A stretch of DNA of 61,564 bases, taken from the IMG/VR virus record IMGVR_UViG_3300042507_004218, positions 1 to 61,564 of that record. The stretch is one strand, 5' to 3'. The notes under the pieces were generated by a model, which was not told the DNA's origin, did not search any database, and saw only the letters and a list, made by a program, of their open reading frames with translations. How positions within the stretch are numbered: position 1 is the first letter of the stretch; each line of letters begins with the position of its first letter. This document shows positions 9,207-17,562 of the stretch, piece by piece. Origin of the DNA: a virus (Duplodnaviria; Caudoviricetes). The position numbers and the translations under genes were made by a program.

Positions 9207-9374
9207 ATGAACTTCAAGACCGCGATCCGCGCCGCTTGGCGCGACCAGGAGATCGCCCGCCTGATGGGCGTGGCGATGAAGAAGCAAGCCCGCAAGGGCA
9301 AGGCACCTTCGCACAAGGTGCTGCCGAAGCCTGCTGCGCAGGCGCAGGCTGCGAAGAAGGGAGGCAAGCAATGA
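9207..9374 (+). CDS. Small basic hypothetical protein
   Basis: MNFKTAIRAAWRDQ...KKGGKQ, GAGG RBS, ATGA overlap with the next gene. Confidence 0.65.
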   Translation: MNFKTAIRAAWRDQEIARLMGVAMKKQARKGKAPSHKVLPKPAAQAQAAKKGGKQ

Positions 9375-9529
9375 TCGACCAACTCAAGGCGATCCGAAAG
9401 GCGCTGCGCGAGCAGCGCAAGGCCGAAGACGCAGCGGCACGCCGTGCCGCACAGGCCAAGGCCCGAGCCCAGGAGCGCGACTCCTGGGCAGACTTCAAGA
9501 CCCTCTGCGCCCCACTGAAAGGGCGTTGA
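9371..9529 (+). CDS. Small hypothetical protein
   Basis: MIDQLKAIRKALREQ..., GGAGG RBS. Confidence 0.65.
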   Translation: MIDQLKAIRKALREQRKAEDAAARRAAQAKARAQERDSWADFKTLCAPLKGR

Positions 9530-9544
9530 ACCAAGGAGAGCACC

Positions 9545-9778
9545 ATGCACAACTACGTCACCTCCGTCGGCTACGACGGCAAGCTCTGGCTCCTGCTGCG
9601 CGAGGACGCCACACAAGGCGTCTACGAAGGGCAGACCGTGCGCAGCTTCAGGGGCGAGAGCTACGTCATCACGGGCGGCAGACCCCCGCACAAGCCCGAG
9701 AGCACGGGCAAGGTGTGGACTGAGGCAGGCGGGGAGTACTACCCCAGCGTCTTCGGCCTGCGCTGGGTCAGAGCGTAG
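9545..9778 (+). CDS. Hypothetical protein
   Basis: AAGGAG RBS; GGRPPHKPESTGKVW...YYPSVFGLRW. Confidence 0.75.
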   Translation: MHNYVTSVGYDGKLWLLLREDATQGVYEGQTVRSFRGESYVITGGRPPHKPESTGKVWTEAGGEYYPSVFGLRWVRA

Positions 9779-9869
9779 GGCGGAGCCGCGCCGGGGTAGA
9801 AATCTACCCCGGCTAAATGGGGACAGGTTGTCCCCCAATCGTATGATGTCAAACGTTTGACAAAGAAAA

Positions 9870-10210
9870 GGGGTGGTGGACACTTGTCCCCGCCCCACTA
9901 GGCGTTGGACACCACCTTGGACGCCCTAAGTCCTTGATCCACTTGGTTCTTTTATTTATTTATATATATAAGTATAGTATAGTAAGAGAAGAGAAGAGCT
10001 GGAAGATTTCTTTATGAACAAGCAACAGCCGGAAATCTTTTTCAGAAAAGAAATTCTTTCCGTCTTTCCCAGAAGTGTGACCTCGCTCCTGAGAAGACAT
10101 CTGGACGCAAACGAGAAAGATGAATGCTGACAACGCCAAGTGCCGTCCAAACTACTGTCCAGTGAGCCTTTGGTCTGGGACAATCCCGGCTTTTGGTGGA
10201 CGCAAACCTT
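9870..10210. other. Putative replication origin: AT-rich core flanked by TGGAC repeats
   Basis: Very AT-rich tract at 9950-10080 (TTTATTTATTTATATATATAAGTATAGTATAG), flanked by several TGGAC(A/G)C / GTCCA motifs. Confidence 0.45.
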
Positions 10211-10295
10211 ACACGTGGCTTACGCCACGTGCCCCAACGGGGACTGCGTGTCCCCTTTCAACCCGGCGCTCACGCGCCTCAACCTGGAGAAAAAA

Positions 10296-10916
10296 ATGGC
10301 TTCGACAGGCTACTACGACCGCTTCCTGCACCTCGGCGTCACCGCCGACTGCCCTGGCTGCGGGCGCACGCTGCGCCTGGGGGATTTCCGAGGGGCGCAT
10401 AGCCGAAGGCTGCGCCCCATATGCGTGCGCTGCGCCCCTGAGAAGGGGCTGGAGGACATGACTCCAGACGAACGTCTGGCGGCGCTCGACAATCAGCGTC
10501 CCTACGTGACGCCCACCAGGGTGGCGCGGCTGAATGCCGCTGACGCGGCGGCTGAGACGCATCGCAGGAAGGCGGGCGCTTTGCAGCGTCGCAGGGCGCA
10601 GCGCACGCGTAACTGGGCGCCCGTGCTGCGGGCGCTGCAGGCGGAGCACACATGGGCGCAGGGGCATGCTCAATTCCCGGGCTCCGCTGCCTGGGGAGAA
10701 TTCTTCGCAGCGTACGCTGCTGCCTTGAGTGACGCGATCCGGCGGGTACGTGCTGCTTCGTCAGGCACGAGTCGGCTCGTGCCGCTGCCTGAGCAGACCG
10801 ACCCCATGCACTGGCTGTATGACGAGACGGTGCGCTCTTTGAAGAAACTCTACGCTGCCTGTGCGCCCATCCCCGGACGCCGGCTGTACCGAGATCCGCT
10901 GTTTCTGCAGGCGTGA
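10296..10916 (+). CDS. Hypothetical protein with a CxxC...CxxC zinc-binding motif
   Basis: CPGC...CVRC. Start moved to ATG 10296 (GGAG RBS), downstream of the palindrome at 10239. Confidence 0.65.
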   Translation: MASTGYYDRFLHLGVTADCPGCGRTLRLGDFRGAHSRRLRPICVRCAPEKGLEDMTPDERLAALDNQRPYVTPTRVARLNAADAAAETHRRKAGALQRRRAQRTRNWAPVLRALQAEHTWAQGHAQFPGSAAWGEFFAAYAAALSDAIRRVRAASSGTSRLVPLPEQTDPMHWLYDETVRSLKKLYAACAPIPGRRLYRDPLFLQA

Positions 10917-10971
10917 GCCTGCGTTTGTAACGGGATAGAAATCTACCCCACATTGAAGAAGGAGAAGTGAG

Positions 10972-11160
10972 ATGCAAGAAGTTTGGTTCATACGAGGCGA
11001 AGCCGTCGATGGGCTGCGCCATATGCTCTTCGCGACCAAGATGGCTGCGGAGATCTACGCTAGAAAACTCTTCCCCGATGAAGACCCGGACAGGCGCTAT
11101 GCGCGTATCTACTGCATGCCTGTCTGGGAAGAACGCGACCTCAAAGGAACCAAGAAATGA
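10972..11160 (+). CDS. Hypothetical protein
   Basis: AAGGAG RBS, 62 aa. Confidence 0.7.
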   Translation: MQEVWFIRGEAVDGLRHMLFATKMAAEIYARKLFPDEDPDRRYARIYCMPVWEERDLKGTKK

Positions 11161-11237
11161 AGATGCACCCCGACGACGCTCTGCTGCTCGCTGTCTGCGT
11201 AGCAGTTGCAGCACTGCTGGTTTTTGGTATCATTTGA
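11157..11237 (+). CDS. 26-aa single-TM peptide
   Basis: MKMHPDDALLLAVCVAVAALLVFGII, AAGGA RBS, ATGA overlap with the upstream gene. Confidence 0.5.
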   Translation: MKMHPDDALLLAVCVAVAALLVFGII

Positions 11238-11326
11238 GCAGGCACAAGCCTGCGCCCAACCGTCGCCCCTGCGGTCCAGGGGCAAACAAGCGGGGACATG
11301 ATGTCCCCATTGAAGGAGAAGCAAGC

Positions 11327-11932
11327 ATGAAGACCATCAACAAGCCCACCCCCACTGCGCTCTTCAAGGCAGCGCTCGACAGCGTCAAGCGTCGGGCCAT
11401 CATCGCGCAGCACAAGCGGGTGCTGTATGCCGCCTTCGTGCGGCTCCCGCAGGTCAAGCCCATCTTCGTCACGCTGGCCAAGGCGGCGCTGGGTGGTGAG
11501 CATCCCTGGGTCAACACCTCGGAGTACAGCGCCGAGGTGTCCCTCGGCCTGACGCTGCGCGAGCTGGAGTCGTTCAAGGACGAGCGCTTGACGAAGCTGG
11601 TGTCTGCCTTCGCGGGGGACGAGGGGACCGCCACCACGACGGACTACACGTACGACCAGCCCAACCGTGACTACCGCTTCACGATGGAGATCGAAGCTCC
11701 GCTGGCCGACCTGCTCGACGAGCAGCGTCGGGGCCTGCGCCTGACCGCTGCCGAGCAGCGCTCGCTGGCGTGGCTGCGCGAGCAGGCCCCGTACGAGGTG
11801 CCGCGCACCGTGCTGCTCACCGTGGGGATCTACGCCTACGTCAAGGCAGACAGCGCCGCCTGCCGCATCGAGGTCGTGGGCATCGAGGAGGAGGTGATCA
11901 AGAAGGAGATCAAGAGGATCGTCTGCGCCTGA
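11327..11932 (+). CDS. Hypothetical protein (201 aa)
   Basis: AAGGAG RBS after the palindrome at 11292; strong GC3 codon bias from 11327 onward. Confidence 0.75.
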   Translation: MKTINKPTPTALFKAALDSVKRRAIIAQHKRVLYAAFVRLPQVKPIFVTLAKAALGGEHPWVNTSEYSAEVSLGLTLRELESFKDERLTKLVSAFAGDEGTATTTDYTYDQPNRDYRFTMEIEAPLADLLDEQRRGLRLTAAEQRSLAWLREQAPYEVPRTVLLTVGIYAYVKADSAACRIEVVGIEEEVIKKEIKRIVCA

Positions 11933-12014
11933 CTGCGTCAGGTAGCGCCCGCTGAGCGGGCGCGTGAGCCCCCGGGGTAGAAAGCTACCCCATTCACCCC
12001 AAGGAGTAAGCAAC

Positions 12015-12224
12015 ATGCCATCCTGGCACCAACAAAACGCATTCCGACGCGACGGTTTCCCTAAGCTGTCGCACCCCACCATGTGGAGCAGCTACAACCT
12101 GCAGGGGCATCTCAGCGTCATGCGCCACGAATCACGCGAAGCGTGCATGACCTACTGCGCCAAGACGGGGGATGTCCCTCTGTCGCCTGACAACCACACC
12201 CTCGCAACGAAGAAGGAGAAGTGA
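12015..12224 (+). CDS. Hypothetical protein
   Basis: AAGGAG RBS after the palindrome at 11974. Confidence 0.6.
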   Translation: MPSWHQQNAFRRDGFPKLSHPTMWSSYNLQGHLSVMRHESREACMTYCAKTGDVPLSPDNHTLATKKEK

Positions 12225-12225
12225 C

Positions 12226-12930
12226 ATGCTATCCATCGACACCAACGCCAAGACCGTCAAGGGTCAGAAGTACGGCTACATGACAGGCGTCCTCTACCTG
12301 TCTCCGTACAACAAGTCCGGGCACAACGTCTGCCCCTTCGCCGCCATCGCCCAGTGCCACGCGCCCTGTCTCGATACTGCTGGCCGGGGCGCGTTCGACT
12401 CCGTGCAGCAGGCACGCCTGCGCAAGACGCAGATGTTCTTCGAGGACCGCGACGCGTTCATGGCCCTGCTGGTGGAGGACATCATGCGCCTGGAGCGCAC
12501 GGCCCAGGCCCGGGAGCTCGTCCCCGTGTGCCGCCTCAACGGCACATCCGACATCAAGTGGGAGCGCATCGCTGTGACCGTCAACGGCCACACTTACGCC
12601 AACATCTTCGAGGTCTTCCCGTTCATGCAGTTCTACGACTACACGAAGACGCCTGGGCGTGACGTAGCGCACATCCACAACTACGACCTGACGTTCAGCT
12701 ACTCCGGCGTGCCCGACTTCCAACGCTACGTGCGATACGCCAAGGAGAGCGGCATGCGCATCGCCGCCGTGTTCCGCAAGCGTGACGAGATCCCAGACAA
12801 GTTCCTCGGCATGGCGTGCGTTGACGGTGACGACAGCGACCTGCGCTTCCTCGACCCCCCGGGTGTCGTCGTGGCGCTGTATGCCAAGGGCCGCGCACGC
12901 CTGGATACGTCTGGCTTCGTCGTCGGCTGA
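12226..12930 (+). CDS. GP88-like protein with a three-Cys cluster (possible Fe-S / radical-SAM-like)
   Basis: NVCPFA..QCHAPCL..AGRG, RLNGTSDI, QFYDYTK, YDLTFSYS, DGDDSDLRFLD, LYAKG. Confidence 0.65.
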   Translation: MLSIDTNAKTVKGQKYGYMTGVLYLSPYNKSGHNVCPFAAIAQCHAPCLDTAGRGAFDSVQQARLRKTQMFFEDRDAFMALLVEDIMRLERTAQARELVPVCRLNGTSDIKWERIAVTVNGHTYANIFEVFPFMQFYDYTKTPGRDVAHIHNYDLTFSYSGVPDFQRYVRYAKESGMRIAAVFRKRDEIPDKFLGMACVDGDDSDLRFLDPPGVVVALYAKGRARLDTSGFVVG

Positions 12931-13061
12931 CAACATGCAACGGGGACATGTTGTCCCCGTGTCTTTTACTATCAACAAATCCCCGCAGTGTGCTACACTG
13001 CAGCCGCGCCTCGGGTTTTCAGGGGCACATCGGGCCAAAGGCCCATTGAAGGAGAAAGCAA

Positions 13062-14051
13062 ATGGCTCATCAAATCGACACCACCTCCCGCGCCACCGCT
13101 TCGTACGCCTCCACCCGCAAGGAGTGGCACGGCCTGGGGCAACTCATGCCCGCTGGCGCCGACCTCGACGCCTGGGCCCAGGCGGCGAACATGGACTACA
13201 AAGTCCTCCGCGCCTACCCGCGCTACGCCGTGGAGCGCATCAACCCCGAGGCTTCCCACATCCCTGCGAGCGCCTTGCGTCAGGTCGAGGACAAGGTCGT
13301 GCTGTTCCGCAGCGACACCCGCGCGCCCCTGGGCGTGGTCAGCGACGGGTACAAGGTCGTGCAGCCCCGGGAGGTGCTGGAGTTCTTCCGCGAGTGGGCG
13401 GACGCAGGCGGGCTCACCATCGAGTCCGCAGGCGTGCTGTTCGGGGGCAAGCGCTACTTCGCCACGGCTCGCCTGGGCGAGGCAGTGGCCGTGGACGGGG
13501 GCCAGGACCGCATCCTGCCCTACGCCCTGCTCTCCACCTCCGCTGATGGCTCCCTGGCCACCGAGGGGCGCTGGACGACCGTGCGCGTGGTGTGCAACAA
13601 CACCCTGAGCATGGCCCGGGAAGGCGCCACAGCCTTCCGCCTGACGCACCGCAGCGCATGGAAGCCGGAGAAGTTCAAGACCATCATCGAGGACGCCCAG
13701 CACGAGTTCGCCTCCTTCATGGAGACGAGCCGCAAGCTGGCGGCAATCAAGGTCGAGACGAAGCTGGCGGAGGAGATGACGACGCTGCTGCTCACCACAG
13801 CCGCGCGTGATGCGGACGCCGCCAAGGAGAGTGCCGGGTTCCAGCGCATCATGGGCCTGTTCCAAGGCACCGCCAAGGGCGCACTGCTGGAGTCGTCGCG
13901 TGAGACTGCCTGGGGGTGGCTGAACAGCGTCACCGAGTACGTGGACCACCATGCGCGTGCTCGCAACGACGAGAACCGCACCGCCAGCGCCCTGTGGGGG
14001 CAGGGCGACGCGCTGAAGAATCGGGCAGTGGAGATCGCACTGGAGGCGTAA
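13062..14051 (+). CDS. DUF932 family phage/plasmid protein
   Basis: MAH start, WHGLG, RSDT..PLGVVS..YKVVQ, SAGVLFGGKR, TTVRVVCNNTL, TAWGWLNSVTEYVDH. Confidence 0.85.
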   Translation: MAHQIDTTSRATASYASTRKEWHGLGQLMPAGADLDAWAQAANMDYKVLRAYPRYAVERINPEASHIPASALRQVEDKVVLFRSDTRAPLGVVSDGYKVVQPREVLEFFREWADAGGLTIESAGVLFGGKRYFATARLGEAVAVDGGQDRILPYALLSTSADGSLATEGRWTTVRVVCNNTLSMAREGATAFRLTHRSAWKPEKFKTIIEDAQHEFASFMETSRKLAAIKVETKLAEEMTTLLLTTAARDADAAKESAGFQRIMGLFQGTAKGALLESSRETAWGWLNSVTEYVDHHARARNDENRTASALWGQGDALKNRAVEIALEA

Positions 14052-14085
14052 GCTGCGCGTGGCGCAGTCGCAACGCGACTGCGTT

Positions 14086-14134
14086 TGTCAACCCCTTGAC
14101 AACATGAATCGGGAGGCCCACAATCGGGCCTCCC
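14086..14134 (+). promoter_or_regulatory. Sigma70-like promoter overlapping a TGTCAA-N4-TTGACA palindrome
   Basis: TTGACA at 14096, 17-bp spacer, CACAAT at 14119. The -10 lies mostly in the loop of a GGGAGGCCC/GGGCCTCCC inverted repeat. Confidence 0.6.
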
Positions 14135-14156
14135 TCAACCCTCAATGGAGTCTCAC

Positions 14157-14429
14157 ATGACTTTCAAGATCGAGTCCGGCATCCCCCTTCCCAAGCGCAC
14201 CTCCGTCGGTCGCAAGGGCACCGAGTTCCCCTTCGCTGACATGGACGTTGGCGAAAGCTTCCTGATGCCCTGCGACATCAGCGAAGAGAAGAACATCGTC
14301 AATTGGCGGCGCAAGCTGGCGTCTGCTCGCAAGCGCTTCGAAGAGAAGAGCGACTACGACATCGAGCTGCGCACCGCCGTCGTCTCCGACGACCGTGGCA
14401 CCGGGGTTCGTGTCTGGCGCACTGCCTGA
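14157..14429 (+). CDS. Small putative DNA-binding protein
   Basis: FKIESGIPLP...FPFADMDVGESF...GVRVWR, a pattern common in small phage proteins. Confidence 0.7.
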   Translation: MTFKIESGIPLPKRTSVGRKGTEFPFADMDVGESFLMPCDISEEKNIVNWRRKLASARKRFEEKSDYDIELRTAVVSDDRGTGVRVWRTA

Positions 14430-14435
14430 CAAGCA

Positions 14436-14485
14436 CTACGCGCCCGCGCTACGCGCCCGCGCTACGCGCTCCGCGCTACGCACTC
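14436..14485. repeat. Tandem 13-14-bp repeat CTACGCGCCCGCG (about 4 copies)
   Basis: Units start at 14436, 14449, 14462 and 14476 (last one degenerate). Intergenic. Confidence 0.85.
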
Positions 14486-14595
14486 AACGCTCTGCTCTCG
14501 CAGGGCGTTTTTGTTGGCTAAACGTTCAACATCCCGCAGGGGCAGGGTGTTTTTCATGGCCGCTTAAAGCGCGGCACAACTAGGAGAGAGTAAGC

Positions 14596-14751
14596 ATGAA
14601 GACCAAGATGCTGACAATGTCCCGTCGCCTGTGGAACACGGGCGACACGCGCCTTGACCGGCGCAATCAACGGGCCTGGGTGCAGGCTGTTCGGCGGCTC
14701 GGGAGCCGCTGGCTGCTGGCAGTGCCGGTGGAACGGAAGGAGCAGCAATGA
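14596..14751 (+). CDS. Small Arg-rich hypothetical protein
   Basis: AGGAG RBS; MKTKMLTMSRRLW...RAWVQAVRRLGSRWLLA; ATGA overlap. Confidence 0.65.
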   Translation: MKTKMLTMSRRLWNTGDTRLDRRNQRAWVQAVRRLGSRWLLAVPVERKEQQ

Positions 14752-15026
14752 CCACCGAAGACGAAATCCGCCGCACGCTGCACCCGGAGGCTTACAAGAC
14801 CATGGAGTTCAACCCCAAGCCGCGCCCGCGCATCCCTCTGGGCTGCGACCAGCAGGGCAGATACCCGCAGGCTGCGGAGCAGCCGCAAGCTGCTGAACCC
14901 TGCATCGACTTGGACGAGGTCGGAGGCCCTCCCGAGCCGCCACCGGAGCCGTGGTGGCCGTACATCCTCGGGGGCATCTGCGCCATCCTGGCGCTGGTGC
15001 TGATCTTCGTTCCGATGGGGGTGTGA
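14748..15026 (+). CDS. Hypothetical protein with a C-terminal TM helix
   Basis: AAGGAG RBS; WWPYILGGICAILALVLIFV. Confidence 0.7.
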   Translation: MTTEDEIRRTLHPEAYKTMEFNPKPRPRIPLGCDQQGRYPQAAEQPQAAEPCIDLDEVGGPPEPPPEPWWPYILGGICAILALVLIFVPMGV

Positions 15027-15027
15027 G

Positions 15028-15240
15028 ATGAAACTCACACCATGGTTCCCCGGCACCGTCAAGCCGGTGCGCGTTGGCGTGTATGAAAGGCAGTACTTTC
15101 GGGAGCAGCTCGAAACCCGTTATTCCTATTGGAGCGGCTACAAATGGTCTACATGGGCGCCAACCCCGAAGGGGGCCCTGGATCTTTGGTATACGGTAGG
15201 CGCGCTCCAAGACCTCCCTTGGCGCGGAGTGCTGAAATGA
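15028..15240 (+). CDS. Trp-rich hypothetical protein
   Basis: TPWFP..VKPVRVGVYER...YSYWSG..W...WRGV. Confidence 0.7.
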   Translation: MKLTPWFPGTVKPVRVGVYERQYFREQLETRYSYWSGYKWSTWAPTPKGALDLWYTVGALQDLPWRGVLK

Positions 15241-15368
15241 CCCTCAATCCCAAAGCCTTCCTCCGGAGGTGCTTTGCCTGCAACCGCGACATGCGCGACC
15301 ACCCGGGCAGCAGTATGCGGCGGGGGATTTGGAGATGTGCGAAATGCACGAAGAAAGGAACCCAATGA
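15237..15368 (+). CDS. Small zinc-ribbon protein
   Basis: CFAC...CAKC, ATGA overlaps on both sides. Confidence 0.55.
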   Translation: MTLNPKAFLRRCFACNRDMRDHPGSSMRRGIWRCAKCTKKGTQ

Positions 15369-15850
15369 CTACGATCACCATTGACCGCGCCGTCGTTGAG
15401 CAGGCGCTGGAGGCGTTGGAGTACGCGCAGCAAGATCGCGAATGCCCAAGCACAACCCGTCAGGCAATCGCCGCCCTCCGCGCCGCCCTGGCGCAGGAGC
15501 AGGACGAGCCAACTGGTAAGCAACCCTTACAGGTTGAGTCGGTGGCAACAACTCAACAACCCGCTGGCGAAACGCCCCCGTCCGACTATCGGCGCGGCTA
15601 TTGGGACGGATTCAACATCGGCAAACGCGAGGGGCGCATTGAGGCAGAAGACGCCTTGGCGCAGCAGGATGAGCCGGAAACCTGCACTTGGTATCAAGAC
15701 GGCGACAGCGACTCAGGCGTTTACGCCACCTCATGTCGGCACTACTTCAACCTTGAAGATGGTACGCCAGAGGACAACAAGATGCAGTGGTGCTGCTACT
15801 GCGGCAAGAAGCTGGTGCAGGAACTGATTACGGAGGGCGACGATGAGTGA
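15365..15850 (+). CDS. Modular hypothetical protein (repeat-jointed array, member 1)
   Basis: QALEALE / LRAALAQ / QQDEP motifs; C-terminal Cys-rich module (CCYCGKK). Confidence 0.7.
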   Translation: MTTITIDRAVVEQALEALEYAQQDRECPSTTRQAIAALRAALAQEQDEPTGKQPLQVESVATTQQPAGETPPSDYRRGYWDGFNIGKREGRIEAEDALAQQDEPETCTWYQDGDSDSGVYATSCRHYFNLEDGTPEDNKMQWCCYCGKKLVQELITEGDDE

Positions 15851-16127
15851 CCTACGAACCGCCGCCCAGCAGGCGCTGGAGGCGTTGGATGAGGCCGACA
15901 CGTTTCACCGCAACCTGTCAGATCAGCGCGCGCGCAGGCTTGCCGCAATGGCCGCCCTCCGCACCGCCCTGGCGCAGCAGGATGAGCCGACACTCACCAT
16001 CGAGCGCCTGCGCGATGCGCTCGTGGCGTCTCGCATCATCCCGCCCGCAGCGGTCGAAGACCCGGACGAATACGACGATGGAGTGACTCTGCATCGCATC
16101 GAAGCACTGCACAGGAGGATCGCATGA
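15843..16127 (+). CDS. Modular hypothetical protein (array member 2)
   Basis: MSDLRTAAQQALEALD...LRTALAQQDEP. Confidence 0.7.
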   Translation: MSDLRTAAQQALEALDEADTFHRNLSDQRARRLAAMAALRTALAQQDEPTLTIERLRDALVASRIIPPAAVEDPDEYDDGVTLHRIEALHRRIA

Positions 16128-17074
16128 ATGACCTACGAACCGCCGCCCAGCAGGCGCTGGACAGCATCAACGAACTGTTTGCCGCCGAACAGTCAGAAGG
16201 CGGAGAACGTGGCGGACATATCCGCACACCGGCCACGCGAGAGCATTTGGTGCGTGTAGCTCAGGCTCGCAAGGCTTTGCATGAAAGCTGCGGCGCCCTC
16301 CGCGCCGCCTTGGCGCAGCGGGCCGAGCTGGTGGAGCCGGTGGAGCCGGTGGATGTGGGGCTGCTTGAGTACCGAGGCAACAGCGTGGCTTTCATCCATC
16401 AAAAAATGACGGCATATCGAACCGGGATTGATGTCGCGTGGGATGCCTTCAGAGCAAAGGGACTGCATCCTGACGGCAAAACGTCATTGGCCGACATGAT
16501 CGCAAAGTACACCGCCCCACCGCAGCAGGCCGAGCCGGCGCAGGGGCCAGAAGGTATGGTTGAGTTCCTGGCCGATCTGCAACGCAGTCGGACGAAGTAC
16601 CCGAAGAACAGGCGCATGTTCGACGGCCTGATGGGCGAGATTGATGAGTTGCGCCGCGCCTACGCTGGCGATGGCGACATTCGTGCCGAAGCATTCGACG
16701 TTGCCGTGTGTGCTTTCCGCATTGCGACCGAAGGTGACGCAGGCGGTAACGCCCGGTTGGAGCAGGCCGAGACGGATCATGAAACCCGAGCCGAACTGGC
16801 GGAGCAGCAGGTTGTGCAACTTGCCGAGGAGCGCGATCACTACCGTAACCTGTGGCAGAAGGCGCAGCAGGATGAGCCGCAACCCATGCACCCTGAACTA
16901 CGAAAGATGTGGGAGGACCACTTCGACAAGTGTTTCAGGGCTATCCCTGTGCCGGAGCAGGCCGAGCCGGTGCAAATGCACCCGTCTCAATTTGCAGAAA
17001 TGATCAAAGGTAAGGAGGCCATGACCGGCATCCCGGTGTACTGGGCCGAGTGGCCGAACAAGGAGGAATCATGA
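16124..17074 (+). CDS. Modular protein with an internal MazG-like module (array member 3)
   Basis: MNDLRTAAQQAL start, several QQAEP/QQDEP joints, internal GEIDEL...AEAFDVA (ExxE...ExxD). Confidence 0.7.
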   Translation: MNDLRTAAQQALDSINELFAAEQSEGGERGGHIRTPATREHLVRVAQARKALHESCGALRAALAQRAELVEPVEPVDVGLLEYRGNSVAFIHQKMTAYRTGIDVAWDAFRAKGLHPDGKTSLADMIAKYTAPPQQAEPAQGPEGMVEFLADLQRSRTKYPKNRRMFDGLMGEIDELRRAYAGDGDIRAEAFDVAVCAFRIATEGDAGGNARLEQAETDHETRAELAEQQVVQLAEERDHYRNLWQKAQQDEPQPMHPELRKMWEDHFDKCFRAIPVPEQAEPVQMHPSQFAEMIKGKEAMTGIPVYWAEWPNKEES

Positions 17075-17562
17075 CTGATCTGAGAGCCGCTGCCCAGCAG
17101 GCGCTGGAGGCGTTGGAGAAGTACCGCAAGATGATGTTTGTGGAAGCAGGGTGTCGTTTTGGCGAAGGCGATGCAGCCATCACCAACCTCCGCGCCGCCT
17201 TGGCGCAGCAGGCCGAGCCGGTGGCGGGAAAGGTTGTAGCGTGGGGCGTGTTCGCCAACATCGACGGCGAATGGCAGTTGCAGCACCCCGTGTTCGCGGG
17301 TGACGAGCAGGGCAAGGTGAACGCTGAGTTTGAGCGCGCATCGTACAGCGGCCCGCAGCCGCTAGAAGTGCGGCCTCTCGGTGTCGTGACTGCTACGGCA
17401 CGGCAGGCCGAGCCGGCGCAGGAGCCGGTGGCGACGCTGATCGCTCAGCGCGATGCGCTGCTGGAAATGCTGAAACTGGCCCGATCCATCATCGGCCACC
17501 CGGATGACGCGCACTCACAGATGATCGACGCCGCCATCAAGGCGGTGGAGGAGGAAGCATGA
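17071..17562 (+). CDS. Modular hypothetical protein (array member 4)
   Basis: MTDLRAAAQQALEALE...LRAALAQQAEPVA...QAEPAQEPVA...DAAIKAVE; AGGAGG RBS. Confidence 0.7.
   Translation: MTDLRAAAQQALEALEKYRKMMFVEAGCRFGEGDAAITNLRAALAQQAEPVAGKVVAWGVFANIDGEWQLQHPVFAGDEQGKVNAEFERASYSGPQPLEVRPLGVVTATARQAEPAQEPVATLIAQRDALLEMLKLARSIIGHPDDAHSQMIDAAIKAVEEEA

Larger units (their letters stand above)
9793..11991. promoter_or_regulatory. Three 18-bp palindromes of consensus GGGGTAGAAATCTACCCC
   Basis: Copies at 9793-9810 (perfect), 10932-10949 and 11974-11991, each just after a stop codon. Confidence 0.8.
8164..12958. promoter_or_regulatory. Seven dispersed 17-bp palindromes GGGGAC-N5-GTCCCC
   Basis: Copies at 8164-8180 (first base T), 8644-8660, 9135-9151, 9819-9835, 10239-10255, 11292-11308 and 12942-12958. 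All are intergenic given my start calls. Confidence 0.85.

Noticed and set aside
10140-10295. N-terminal extensions given by the ORF track (also 10967, 12172, 20587, 43808)
   Set aside because: They run through palindromes or neighbouring genes, and downstream starts have clear RBSs.
8164-12958. Palindromic repeats as a CRISPR array
   Set aside because: Spacing is 400-1600 bp with whole genes between copies, and there is no cas operon.
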